Assembly: GCA_903831595.1 (NCBI GenBank)
Contig: CAIKXY010000002.1
Coordinates: 28,339 to 92,338 of the forward strand
DNA length: 64,000 nucleotides
Direction of reading: 5' to 3'
From: an uncultured bacterium
GTDB lineage: Bacteria; Patescibacteriota; Minisyncoccia; Phycocordibacterales; GWA1-40-21
The position numbers and the translations under genes were made by a program. This document shows, one piece after another, positions 39,101-48,303 of this stretch. Under the pieces are notes generated by a model. The model saw only the letters and a list, made by a program, of their open reading frames with translations. It was not told where the DNA came from and ran no database searches. The stretch's first letter is position 1; the number at the start of each line of letters is the position of its first letter.

Positions 39101-40660
39101 TCTTCCACAGAAATAAAACTTGCTGGGAACGAGACTTTTGATGTTGTAGCAAAAGATACTGATGGAAATAATATTCACACTTTTACTTTTCCATTAACAA
39201 TTACTATCCCAATACCAGCTGATGTGACAAGTACAGAAAATCTCGGAGTATATTATTTTGATGAAACGACAAGTCAGTGGGTTTTAGTACCGGATGCGAC
39301 ATTTTTAGATGGTAATGCGGTGTTCCAGGTTAGTCATCTAACAAAATTTGCAATATTTAGTGTTGTTAAAGAGATCACTATCCCAAAAAATAATTTGGCC
39401 ACAACAACTGAAGCAACAAGCACTATCCCAGCTCAATCAAAAAATAGAAAACAAATAATTATTTCAAATGAAGAGGCTTCAAGCTTTGAAAATATTGGTG
39501 TTAGTAGTTCAACAGAAAGTTCAGTGAGTGAGACAAACAAAACCGACATAAATTCTCAGGCATCATCTAGTTCGATTATTCAAAATTCATCAACAACTGA
39601 AAAACAAGCTGAGGTTTCAACAACTCCTTCAACTATTGCTGAATCAGTTAAACAGGCCTACGAACAGACGACAACTGCCGTAAGCGACATAGTTAGTAGT
39701 CCAACAGGAAATACGGTAACAAAGGTTGTTTCAACTGTCGGTATTGTCGCCGGTGCTTCAGCCTCAGTAGGAGCGGTTGCTTTTGCTACACCACTTTCAC
39801 TTGCTGAAATATGGCTAATTCCAGCTAGAATTTTTGGTTTATTTATCGGTGCATTGGGTGCTAGAAGAAAAAATAGACAGTGGGGGACAGTGTATGATTC
39901 AATAACGAAACGGCCACTTGATCCTGTTTATGTTTCACTTATTAACACAGAGACTGACAAAGAAGTCGCGAGCGCTATTACAGATATTGACGGCAGATAT
40001 GGTTTCTTAGTACTTCCTGGAAAATATCGAATCGTCGCAAATAAAACAAACTATACGTCACCATCTATCATTATGAAAGGTAAATCTTTTGATGAAGTTT
40101 ATAATGATTTGTATTTTGGAGAAGAGATTGTTGTTACTGATGAAAGTCAAACAATCACGAAAAATATTCCGATGGATTCCATGTCTTTTGATTGGAATGA
40201 GTTTGCAAAAACAAAAATGAATGTCAACACCTTCATGAAAGGAAAAGACATACAAAGGGCTAAAATTTCAAAAATATTATTTACGCTTGGTGCGGCTGTT
40301 TCACTTATATCTTTGATTTTTGCCCCATCGCCATACAACCTTATAATCGCTGCTTTTTACATTATCACTTACTTATTTAATTATTTTGTTTCAAACACAA
40401 AGAAATCTGGAAGTATCACAGAAAAGAATACAAATGCTCCACTTTCCTTTGCTATCGTGAAAATATTTAGAGAGGGAGAAGATACACCAGTTACAAAAAA
40501 GGTTGCTGATAAATTTGGTGCTTATTATGCTCTTGTTCCAAAAGGAAAATATTATGTTGAGATTGAAAAAAAGAATGATGATAGTACATACACCGAAGCA
40601 TTCAAATCTGAAATAATTGACGCAAACAGAGGAATAATTAACTATAATTTTAGTTTGTAA
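36182..40660 (+). CDS. Large surface protein with Gly-rich repeats, LamG-like and carboxypeptidase-regulatory-like domains
   Basis: GTG start 6 nt after TATAAT; repeats G.GY.VGD.LT; WGTVYDSITKRPLDP...TDIDGRYGF C-terminal module with TMs. Confidence 0.85.
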   Translation: MNLLKTKIKLPVFVLICVLFVLAITLVISNPKFNWKCVFGGNNFATAYIPPVNPSGFTVIKESGSAFVPATTTNNFAFKIYSYKNTQYGRVYSNNYSSGDVTAYGGTITGVSTTTIFGGGGYSVGDILTVQGGNNDATVKVLSTSTGDGHIIGYSIASSSGWVVGHNFDFKSPLENSGGLPASFIVDSVNKIWGSISGVIISDPAHAGYSYKVGDEITVDACPLGGGGKIVVDSVFLGIIRSLFVYEPGSNYKVGDQLTLPQTNSSNDATAAVSSVDENGGISGVSVQNGGTGYCSINASYCQINNNQKIINPTGGSGSGAKLLVDQSDGTIGAIISSHPSATSPGSGYVGCQFCPFGNNIQATVCANTGGIITASHMTSGGTGFHVGEYSSSNTSYGNNTPVTINISSVDAIGKADTVQLLNGGTGYQTGTYSLSGGNNSATVQVNSVNVDNSPYEIKLNWDAVSGADGYKVVVAQDSVNGYNNNYSFDTVNNSFTYIGATASGTVGTITGNWWNTAGTLLNNNAIINNGTTTLTENEYVNDLTLAVGGTLDLAGHTLSVGGNWTNTGGVLLNNGGTINFVGVNQSIFGANTFENLTKNSSITSSLYFDSTATTTVTGQLNLNGVAGKLLTISSQNVDNGSIVAHYLMNDATSSTIIDSINGYNGFTLSGINTGNYYADHYPILGKINSSFYSETYGGTWIPYNDNFNLSNTNFTITAWVKPNGASSILDQYGGWKLAIVANRVIEFGSYPYISVNLPNSFQNNQWNFISVMYANGEYTFQINDTVLDSVAGSSPTNTNNNINIANGIGIDDLRIFRNALSQDSIDFIYNNGNGTELELPNSSFNIKLSDSAVASLSYLNVFNSNNVSTKPLVCNTECINGGGNTNWTLPTQSRARKTLQLNMLAQNSATTTVALHVIATSTDLLISPEQSGTYSKDTADGKIIIDVPINAIQSTTTFSVISATTTTTTTTSSSTEIKLAGNETFDVVAKDTDGNNIHTFTFPLTITIPIPADVTSTENLGVYYFDETTSQWVLVPDATFLDGNAVFQVSHLTKFAIFSVVKEITIPKNNLATTTEATSTIPAQSKNRKQIIISNEEASSFENIGVSSSTESSVSETNKTDINSQASSSSIIQNSSTTEKQAEVSTTPSTIAESVKQAYEQTTTAVSDIVSSPTGNTVTKVVSTVGIVAGASASVGAVAFATPLSLAEIWLIPARIFGLFIGALGARRKNRQWGTVYDSITKRPLDPVYVSLINTETDKEVASAITDIDGRYGFLVLPGKYRIVANKTNYTSPSIIMKGKSFDEVYNDLYFGEEIVVTDESQTITKNIPMDSMSFDWNEFAKTKMNVNTFMKGKDIQRAKISKILFTLGAAVSLISLIFAPSPYNLIIAAFYIITYLFNYFVSNTKKSGSITEKNTNAPLSFAIVKIFREGEDTPVTKKVADKFGAYYALVPKGKYYVEIEKKNDDSTYTEAFKSEIIDANRGIINYNFSL

Positions 40661-40729
40661 AATATAAAAGTGCGGCAGGCTATGCCTGCCGCACTTTTAT
40701 ATTTTTCTTTTACATAGTAGTATATAGGT

Positions 40730-41503
40730 ATGAAATATTTAGGTATTGATTATGGAGAAAAAAATGTTGGGGTTGCTATTTCTGATGTTGAAGGAAAAGT
40801 CGCATTCCCTAAAATTGTGTTGCAAAATAACCCTGAATTAGCAGAAAAGATTTTAGATATTTGTAAAGAATCAAAAATTGAGGCTATTGTTATTGGGGAA
40901 TCAAAAGATTATAAAGGAGAAGATAATAAGATTAGCCCAAAGGTAATTTCTTTTAAGAGAGAATTATTATCTTTAATAAAACTTCCAATTTCACTTGAAC
41001 CAGAATTTATGTCTTCAATGCAAGTTGAGAAGACTTTTGGAAAGACAGAAATGATTGACGCTTCTGCCGCTTCAATAATTCTTCAAACATTTATGGACAA
41101 AGAGAAAAGCAGAAAAATTGCAAAGGCAAAAAATGAAGAAGGGCTGAAAAAAAAAGACGTAAAAGTTGAGAATAAAAAAATAACTTACGATGATTTTAAA
41201 AAAGTCCAAATGAAAGTCGGAAAAATACTTTCTGCTGAAGCTGTAGTCGGTTCCGATAAGCTTTATAAGCTTTCAGTCGATTTTGCCGAAGAAAAACCAA
41301 GACAAATAGTCTCTGGTATAGCAAAATATTTTCCTGACGCAACAGAAATAGTTGGTAAAAAAGTTGCTTTTGTTACAAACCTTGAAGCACGACCACTTAT
41401 GGGACTAATAAGCGATGGAATGATACTTGCAGTAAAGTCAGATGACAAACTTGCGATTATGGAAGTTCCAGATTTTATAAAAGAGGGGACAGAATTGAGC
41501 TAA
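40730..41503 (+). CDS. ruvX: RuvX/YqgF nuclease fused to C-terminal tRNA-binding (Trbp111/MetRS C-terminal-type) OB domain
   Basis: YLGIDYGEKNVGVAISD...EFMSS...IDASAASIILQ; then ITYDDFKKVQMKVGKI...RQIVSGIA...NLEARPLMGLISDGMIL. Confidence 0.85.
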   Translation: MKYLGIDYGEKNVGVAISDVEGKVAFPKIVLQNNPELAEKILDICKESKIEAIVIGESKDYKGEDNKISPKVISFKRELLSLIKLPISLEPEFMSSMQVEKTFGKTEMIDASAASIILQTFMDKEKSRKIAKAKNEEGLKKKDVKVENKKITYDDFKKVQMKVGKILSAEAVVGSDKLYKLSVDFAEEKPRQIVSGIAKYFPDATEIVGKKVAFVTNLEARPLMGLISDGMILAVKSDDKLAIMEVPDFIKEGTELS

Positions 41504-41507
41504 AGAC

Positions 41508-42107
41508 ATGACAAATATTTTTCACATGCTTGATCCAATGATAATAATTAAGACACTTGGTCTTATTGGTGTTTTAATAATTGTTTTTGCAGAATCCGGA
41601 TTGTTTTTTGGTTTTTTCTTTCCAGGTGATTCTTTGCTTTTTACCGCAGGCTTACTTGCTTCTCAACATCTCATAAATATTGAGACCCTTGTCATAGGGG
41701 CTTTTGTTTGCGCAGTACTTGGGGATAGTGTTGGTTACTGGTTTGGGAAAAAAGTTGGGCCAAAAATTTTTACAAAAGAAGATTCAATTTTCTTTCACAA
41801 AAAACATATAGAAAGAGCCCAAAATTTTTATAATGAATATGGAAATAAAACCATATTTTTAGCCAGATTTGTGCCAATTGTTAGAACTTTTGCACCGATT
41901 GTGGCTGGAGTCGGCCAGATGAAATATCGAAATTTTTTAACTTACAATATTATTGGAGGATTTGTTTGGGCTTTCGGAATGACGCTAGGGGGATATTTTT
42001 TGGGTGAAGCAATACCAAACATAGACAAATATATACTGCCAATAATTTTGTTAATTGTCTTACTTTCAATAATGCCAATCATTATTGAAGGTTTCAAGAA
42101 AAGATAG
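41508..42107 (+). CDS. DedA/VTT-domain membrane protein
   Basis: FAESGLFFGFFFPGDSLLFTAG, ARFVPIVRTFAP. Confidence 0.95.
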   Translation: MTNIFHMLDPMIIIKTLGLIGVLIIVFAESGLFFGFFFPGDSLLFTAGLLASQHLINIETLVIGAFVCAVLGDSVGYWFGKKVGPKIFTKEDSIFFHKKHIERAQNFYNEYGNKTIFLARFVPIVRTFAPIVAGVGQMKYRNFLTYNIIGGFVWAFGMTLGGYFLGEAIPNIDKYILPIILLIVLLSIMPIIIEGFKKR

Positions 42108-42176
42108 TTTGTTTATTGTTTGTTACCATTGCTATTTCCGAAAGGCGTTATTTTTTGTTATAATTACGCATAGTTT

Positions 42177-43277
42177 ATGAAGGTCAATTTTTTGAAAAAA
42201 TTATTATATATACCAAATTACTTATCTTTGCCAGTTGCTGGGATAGAGGTATGTAATAAATCTATTAAATATATAGAATTTTTAGATTATAAGGGTAATA
42301 CTTCTATTAAAAAATTTGGTGAAATCGTACTAGCTCCTGATATTGTAAAAGATGGCGATATTTTGAACAGAAATGCTTTGGTAAAGGCGCTCACTGAGGT
42401 GAAAAAAAATATTTCATCAGATTTTGTTAAGGTATCTATTCCTGAAGAAAAAACTTATATTTTTGATGTTCTAATCCCTAGAGAAGCAAAAGATCATATT
42501 AGAGATGCACTTGAGTTTAGAATAGAAGAAAATGTGCCGTTGAAACTTGAAGAATCTTGTTTTGAATATGAAATAGTTGATGAAGACAGTTGTGAAAAAG
42601 ATATGGTAGTAAATGTTTCTGTAGTTTCAAAAAGGGTCATCGCAGATTTTTCTGAAGCGTTTGACCAAGCAGGTTTGTACCCTGTTTCTTATGAAATAGA
42701 GTCAAAAATGATTGCGAACTCTGTAATAGGAAAGGGAGATAAAAAAAGTACAATAATATTAAATATTAAAGACGATTCAACCACTCTTGTCGCGGTTGTT
42801 GATGGTTTTGTAAGGCTATCGTCATCTGTTTCAATAGGTGAAAACACTATAGTTGATACACTTTTTAAAACTGGTTTATTTAAAAATAGAGCGGAAATTG
42901 GTAAGTTTTTTGAAAATGATTTTTCTTTTGAAACAATATACACCAAAGAGTCCTATCTTTCTCTTGTGAATATATTTTCTATTTATAAAGATGAAGTAGA
43001 AAAATTTAATGAATACATATTAAATAAATTCCCAGGTATAAAACTATCTCCCCGTGGGAGTGTCGACAAAATAGTTTTGTGCGGGAAAAGTTCTTCATTA
43101 CCAGGATTAACAAAACACATAAATCAAAATATAAAGACGGATATAGTTTTGGCAAATACAATAAGTAATGTTTGTGATGTTAATGAATGTACCTCAAATA
43201 TAAAATTTCAAGATTCGTTGAATTTTGTAACGCCAATAGGTTTGGTGTTAGCTTCATATAGACAAGCAAATGCTTAA
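42177..43277 (+). CDS. pilM: Type IV pilus assembly protein PilM
   Basis: GIEVCNKSIK...IVKDGDIL...IEENVPL...IVLCGKSSSLPGL actin-like fold; first gene of a pilMNO-type operon. Confidence 0.8.
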   Translation: MKVNFLKKLLYIPNYLSLPVAGIEVCNKSIKYIEFLDYKGNTSIKKFGEIVLAPDIVKDGDILNRNALVKALTEVKKNISSDFVKVSIPEEKTYIFDVLIPREAKDHIRDALEFRIEENVPLKLEESCFEYEIVDEDSCEKDMVVNVSVVSKRVIADFSEAFDQAGLYPVSYEIESKMIANSVIGKGDKKSTIILNIKDDSTTLVAVVDGFVRLSSSVSIGENTIVDTLFKTGLFKNRAEIGKFFENDFSFETIYTKESYLSLVNIFSIYKDEVEKFNEYILNKFPGIKLSPRGSVDKIVLCGKSSSLPGLTKHINQNIKTDIVLANTISNVCDVNECTSNIKFQDSLNFVTPIGLVLASYRQANA

Positions 43278-43812
43278 TTTTTTACAACAAAAAAATAAAA
43301 AACAAATCATCATTGAATACTTGCTAAGGGCATTTGTTTTACTGCTTTCATCCATTTTAATTATTAGTTTAGTTATCACTATTCTATTTTTACCATCTTT
43401 TTTCTTTTCTAAATATAAAAACATTAGTTTAAATAATCAATTACAATCTGTAAAAACAGAAAGTTCGTCATTAATAGACGACCCAATACTTTTAATAAAA
43501 AATACCAACAAGTTTGTTCAAATATTTGCACAAGATAACATTTCCCCCATAAAATCAACTGACATTATAAATAAAATTACCTCTTTAAAAAATAAGGATA
43601 TAAAAATATTATCAATAAATATTAGGGCTAGTGCAGACATTAACTTTGCTCGCACGATACAAATTTCTGGTGTAGCAAACACTAGGGATAGCCTAACTTT
43701 ATTTGAAAAGGCTATAAAGGATGATGGATTTTTTTATAGTGTTATTTTTCCAGTAGCAAATTTTATAAAGAGTACAGATTCTGCATTCACAGCAACTCTA
43801 ACTTTAAAATAA
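43270..43812 (+). CDS. PilN-like protein
   Basis: MLNFL N-terminus, TM, ISGVANTRDSL...F; overlaps pilM stop. Confidence 0.65.
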   Translation: MLNFLQQKNKKQIIIEYLLRAFVLLLSSILIISLVITILFLPSFFFSKYKNISLNNQLQSVKTESSSLIDDPILLIKNTNKFVQIFAQDNISPIKSTDIINKITSLKNKDIKILSINIRASADINFARTIQISGVANTRDSLTLFEKAIKDDGFFYSVIFPVANFIKSTDSAFTATLTLK

Positions 43813-43813
43813 T

Positions 43814-44371
43814 ATGCCCAAAAAAGAAACAAAAAAATTATTAATTATACTCATATTCATTAACTTATTATCTATAAGTGTTTTTGTATTTTTGTATAAA
43901 TATACAAATAATATGATCAAGGAATCGATAAATGATGAAAGTGCCATAAAGTTGGAATTACAAAAACAGGATGCTAGAATTTTAATGAAAAGTGACTTGT
44001 CACAAAGCGATATGTATCAAAAAGAACTTACGGATTACTTTGTTCCAAGTGGTGGCACTGTAGATTTTATTAAAACGATTGAGAAAATAGTTTCAAATAG
44101 TAATATTAAATCTGACATTAAGACCGTTACTTCGGAAAGCAATGATAAAACCAATGTTGTTGGTGCCGAATTACTAAAAATAAATATGGATGTAATAGGG
44201 GAATGGAAAAATATTCAATTTTTTATAAACTTACTTGAAAATTATCCATTAAAAATTGAAATAAAAAGTGTTTCTCTGAATAAGTTTTCTGATAGTATGA
44301 TAAAGGGTAAAAGTGTCCCACAATGGGCGGGGAATTTTGAATTTACCGTATTGAAACTTAAAGACAAATAA
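43814..44371 (+). CDS. PilO-like protein
   Basis: TM, coiled coil, GEWKNIQFFINLLENYP. Confidence 0.65.
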   Translation: MPKKETKKLLIILIFINLLSISVFVFLYKYTNNMIKESINDESAIKLELQKQDARILMKSDLSQSDMYQKELTDYFVPSGGTVDFIKTIEKIVSNSNIKSDIKTVTSESNDKTNVVGAELLKINMDVIGEWKNIQFFINLLENYPLKIEIKSVSLNKFSDSMIKGKSVPQWAGNFEFTVLKLKDK

Positions 44372-44378
44372 AAATATT

Positions 44379-44705
44379 ATGGAAAATCCTTCAAAAAATA
44401 TTAAAATTTCAAATAACACTCAAGCATCCAAAAAATTTTGGTCTAGTAAAATTATTAAACCAAAAAGAGACTGGAGGAGTATTCTTGTTATTTCAATTAC
44501 ACTTTTAATATTTGCTTTAGGTTTTGATTTTTATATTTATGAACAAATCTCGAGTGGAGAGATGTATGTTAATGTTAATAGGGCAGATCTTTCCGTACAA
44601 AGTTTAATGAAAAACGAGTTACAAAAAATACTTGACGCTTTTGAAGCGAAAAAACAAGTAATAACAACACTAAAAGTAAAAAATTTAGTTGACCCATCAA
44701 TATAA
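44379..44705 (+). CDS. Membrane-anchored hypothetical protein, end of pil operon
   Basis: PKRDWR, TM, C-terminal DPS. Confidence 0.7.
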   Translation: MENPSKNIKISNNTQASKKFWSSKIIKPKRDWRSILVISITLLIFALGFDFYIYEQISSGEMYVNVNRADLSVQSLMKNELQKILDAFEAKKQVITTLKVKNLVDPSI

Positions 44706-44750
44706 AGTTGATATAGTGTTTTGGCTTAATTATTAAAAGTTTACTATCCT

Positions 44751-44822
44751 GCCCTTGTAGTTCAATGGATAGAACAGAGCTCTTCTAAGGCTTTGATGTA
44801 GGTTCGATTCCTGCCAAGGGCA
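44751..44822 (+). tRNA. tRNA-Arg(TCT)
   Basis: GCCCTTG/CAAGGGC acceptor, GAGCT-CTTCTAA-GGCTT, GTAGG-TTCGATT-CCTGC. Confidence 0.95.
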
Positions 44823-45074
44823 CAAATGACAGAAAAACCCGGACTGCTCCGGGTTTTTCTTTACATGAGTGAGACGGAGCTATGTTTTGTGAGCACGCAA
44901 AACTGGCGAGTCATGGTCGAAACTTTTTCTGAGCGACGGCGAAGAAAAAAGTTGTGACCAATATAAAACCGCTAAAAAGATAAGCGAAGTGGTCCTGCCT
45001 CGTGTATTCGTGTTTTGAGTTTGGGATGGGCCCCAAAGAAATAAGCAAGTCCAGTTTTTTATTTCACAACAATT

Positions 45075-45230
45075 TTATTGTTGTGTAGTAGTTGATATTG
45101 TTGTCGCTGTTGTTGTGGTAGATGTTGTCGTTGATACAGTCTGGCTATTATTAGAATGAGTAACAATATATCCATAAACCAAAGCGATAACGATAATAAT
45201 AATTATTGATACAATAATTTTTTTTGACAT
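45075..45230 (-). CDS. Small TM protein with Thr-rich tail (51 aa, not in ORF track)
   Basis: MSKKIIVSIIIIIVIALVYGYIVTHSNNSQTVSTTTSTTTTATTISTTTQQ*. Confidence 0.55.
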   Translation of the reverse strand: MSKKIIVSIIIIIVIALVYGYIVTHSNNSQTVSTTTSTTTTATTISTTTQQ

Positions 45231-45243
45231 AATCATTTATAAT

Positions 45244-45579
45244 TTATTTTTGATCTGATTTCTTTGTATCAGACGGTTCTTCTCTAGAACCAAACTTTGT
45301 CATCATTTCATAATACCCATCAAAATAACCTTCACGGTGTGCACCTCGTCTAATAAATACATAAAGTGGATATAACAGCATTACAAGCCCAACCAAAACA
45401 AGCAATTTGTTTTGTACAAAGAGAATTACTGCAATACCAGCGACAGAGATTAATAGAAGCCCAAAAGCGCTCATTTCGTTAACATTTTTTTTAGCAGCTT
45501 TATACTCTTCGTGTAATTTACCAAGCTCTTCCTTAGTTGCCTTTTGTATTTTCTTAACATCTTTCTTTTTAAATTCCAT
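45244..45579 (-). CDS. Two-TM hypothetical protein
   Basis: 111 aa ORF with hydrophobic hairpin. Confidence 0.7.
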   Translation of the reverse strand: MEFKKKDVKKIQKATKEELGKLHEEYKAAKKNVNEMSAFGLLLISVAGIAVILFVQNKLLVLVGLVMLLYPLYVFIRRGAHREGYFDGYYEMMTKFGSREEPSDTKKSDQK

Positions 45580-45733
45580 TTTTTTAGTTAATTTATTAAT
45601 AATTTTATAAAAATTTGACCTTTTCTTCTACTTAAGCCGTTTCTCTCGTAAAAACATTACAAGTTGGTAGTTGTAATGTTTATCAACATGAAACGGCAGC
45701 ATACCAGGAATTTTTACTAATAATAAATAAAAT

Positions 45734-46102
45734 ATGAATTTAAAAAATCACACAAATATTGTAAGTAAGTTATTTTTAGCTGCTGCCATAATTATGCTCC
45801 TTAGTTACCCTGGATTTAAAATATTTTTACCACAATACCCAATTTTTATGATCGGAGCAATTACTCTATTGTCTGTCATGGCCGGACTTACCAATTTGAA
45901 GGGAAAATGGTTGGCACTTATCAATATCGTTATATCAATTATTGCAATAATCTATTTTGAAAGTCACGCGATTATGTTTGTGAGAGTCCCCAATCTCATA
46001 GGTATATTTCTCATAGACGAAATACTTACATTGATATTTGTTCTCGCACTTTACTTTAGTATCAAGACTTTTAGAATAAAATCACCAGAAATAAAAGTCT
46101 AG
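45734..46102 (+). CDS. Multi-TM hypothetical protein
   Basis: 122 aa, four hydrophobic segments. Confidence 0.7.
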   Translation: MNLKNHTNIVSKLFLAAAIIMLLSYPGFKIFLPQYPIFMIGAITLLSVMAGLTNLKGKWLALINIVISIIAIIYFESHAIMFVRVPNLIGIFLIDEILTLIFVLALYFSIKTFRIKSPEIKV

Positions 46103-46104
46103 TT

Positions 46105-46620
46105 TTAAACATTGTTATATAAAGCTTTTAATTTTTCCAGCCCTCTATAAAGTTGTACTGCCATAGCGTTTTTTGATTGCCCAGTTATAAGTGACATTTC
46201 TTTAAGCGACAAATCTTGAATATACTTCATACGCATGATTTTCTGGTATTTTTCTGGAAGGCGTTGAATCAAAATAAGAGCAGCTTTTCCATCTAAAACA
46301 TTTAAAAGATTTTCAGGATGAATATCTTTTGGTTCATATCCTTTTTCAACTAAAACATCGAGTGATGTTGTTTTGTGTTTTCTATACTCATCTACAATAA
46401 GATTATTTAAAATATGATAAAGAAAAGCTCTCATGATATCTATCTTGCCACCTTTCGCAAGATAGCTCCAAGTTTTCATAAAAGTATTTTGTACCAAATC
46501 TTCTCCAAGCTCATGGTCATGAACTTTAAAAAATGCACGAGAATTAAGCCCCTTTTCAAAGTCGTGGTGAGCTACGGTGAGGATTTCTTGCCTATCCTTT
46601 TTTTGTTTTGGAGTCATCAT
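46105..46620 (-). CDS. ECF (sigma-24-type) RNA polymerase sigma factor
   Basis: EDLVQNTFMKTW, RAFLYHILNNLIVDEYRK (region 2); LPEKYQKIMRMKY...LSLKEMS...LYRGLEKLK (region 4). Confidence 0.9.
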   Translation of the reverse strand: MMTPKQKKDRQEILTVAHHDFEKGLNSRAFFKVHDHELGEDLVQNTFMKTWSYLAKGGKIDIMRAFLYHILNNLIVDEYRKHKTTSLDVLVEKGYEPKDIHPENLLNVLDGKAALILIQRLPEKYQKIMRMKYIQDLSLKEMSLITGQSKNAMAVQLYRGLEKLKALYNNV

Positions 46621-47021
46621 AATATTTTTTGACTTTTTATAACAATTGAGCTGACTGTATGAGTAGCATATTACACACCTATTACAAAGTTTTGTAATAG
46701 ATTCTAATATGTCCATATGATTGTGTACTTAGTTATATTCGAAGAGTGAGTTTTTATTACACGAACATTACAAAATGTTCGGTGCTTGAGAGTAAGTAAA
46801 ATAACCTACCTAGAATTATAGCACACAATACATCTATTAGTAAGTTGTAATGATTATGTAGTTTTGACGGCTTTATAAGTATAAACTCATTAGAAATGGG
46901 TTAAATAGCTTATAACAAGTCTTAGTAGTCTTTTTTGAGTGATTTTAAAAAGAATACTAGACGTAAAAATGTTTTTATTTATAAACAATCACTCAAATTA
47001 TTAGTTTTAATAAAAAAAAGT

Positions 47022-48284
47022 ATGAAAATATTTAATAAAAGTTTGATAACAATAATAAGTCTTGCATTTGGTCTATCTGGATCAATTACAGCATTTGCAG
47101 CAGGGCCAGCAGCCGTAAATCTTGGGTCAGCAGTAAATTTTGAAATTTTAGCAAAAACAGGAATCTCAACAACAGGAACTACTTTGGTCGTTGGTGATAT
47201 TGGAGTTAGTCCAGCCGAAGCAACTTATATTACTGGATTTGGTTTAATTCTTCCTGCGGCAGGTTCATATTCAACAACTCCATTGGTTGTTGGAAAAGTA
47301 TATGCACCAAGTTATGCAAATCCAACTCCTTCAAATATGTCTACAGCAGTTAGTAATATGGAGACAGCTTATACTGATGCAGCTGGAAGAACAAATCCAA
47401 CAACAACCGAGCTCGGTGCTGGAAATATTGGTGGAATGACACTTGCCCCAGGACTTTATAAGTGGGGAACTAGTTTGACAATACCTTCAAATGTTACTTT
47501 ATCAGGTAGTGCAAATGATGTTTGGATTTTTCAGATAGCTGGAAATCTAAATATTAGTTCAGATGTAAAGGTTATATTAAGTGGTGGTGCACAAGATAGT
47601 AATATTTTCTGGCAAGTTGCTGGACAAGCTACTCTTGAAACAACATCTGTTTTTCACGGAAATATATTAAGTCAAACGGCAATAGTATTAAATACTGGTG
47701 CAAAATTATATGGTAGAGCTTTGGCTCAGACTGCCGTTACTCTAGATTCAAACTCTGTAAATATTCCAGTTGTTGTTAAGACTCCTGCAACACCAGCAGT
47801 ACCAACAGTAAGCTCAGCAATTCCAGCTACTCCAGCGGTATCAGCTAATTCATCATCAAATAATAATAGTGGTGGAAGTGTTACTTATTCAAATTCATTA
47901 CTAACTTCACAGCAACAAAAACAATACGATCAACTTATTTCTACTGGTGTAAATTCAAGTAATGCATTAAAAGCAGTAAATCTTCTTTCAAATCCAGCTT
48001 CAATTTCTACGCTCTCAGCATCTGCTTTTGGTCAATTAGTTAAAATAATTTCAAAAAATCTTGCACAAGGTGGTCGCGGTGATGATATAAAAACCCTTCA
48101 ACAGTTTTTAATTTCTCAAGGTAAAGGTTCAGCAGCCCAAGCTTTATCAAAAATCGGCGCAACAACTTACTTTGGAGCTTTGACTCGTGCAGCGCTCGCT
48201 GAGTTTCAAGCAAATGTAGGAATTAATCCTGCTCTTGGAAATTTTGGTTCAATAACTCGAGCTTATCTAAGTTCGCATTATTAA
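47022..48284 (+). CDS. Ice-binding (DUF3494) protein with C-terminal peptidoglycan-binding-like domain
   Basis: GPAAVNLGSA..F.ILAKTGIS, GDIGVSP, TLAPGLYKW, DVWIFQI, NIFWQVAG, GRALAQTAVTLD; DIKTLQQFL...YFGALTRAALAEFQ. Confidence 0.9.
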   Translation: MKIFNKSLITIISLAFGLSGSITAFAAGPAAVNLGSAVNFEILAKTGISTTGTTLVVGDIGVSPAEATYITGFGLILPAAGSYSTTPLVVGKVYAPSYANPTPSNMSTAVSNMETAYTDAAGRTNPTTTELGAGNIGGMTLAPGLYKWGTSLTIPSNVTLSGSANDVWIFQIAGNLNISSDVKVILSGGAQDSNIFWQVAGQATLETTSVFHGNILSQTAIVLNTGAKLYGRALAQTAVTLDSNSVNIPVVVKTPATPAVPTVSSAIPATPAVSANSSSNNNSGGSVTYSNSLLTSQQQKQYDQLISTGVNSSNALKAVNLLSNPASISTLSASAFGQLVKIISKNLAQGGRGDDIKTLQQFLISQGKGSAAQALSKIGATTYFGALTRAALAEFQANVGINPALGNFGSITRAYLSSHY

Positions 48285-48303
48285 TTTATTAATTAAAAAA
48301 TAT

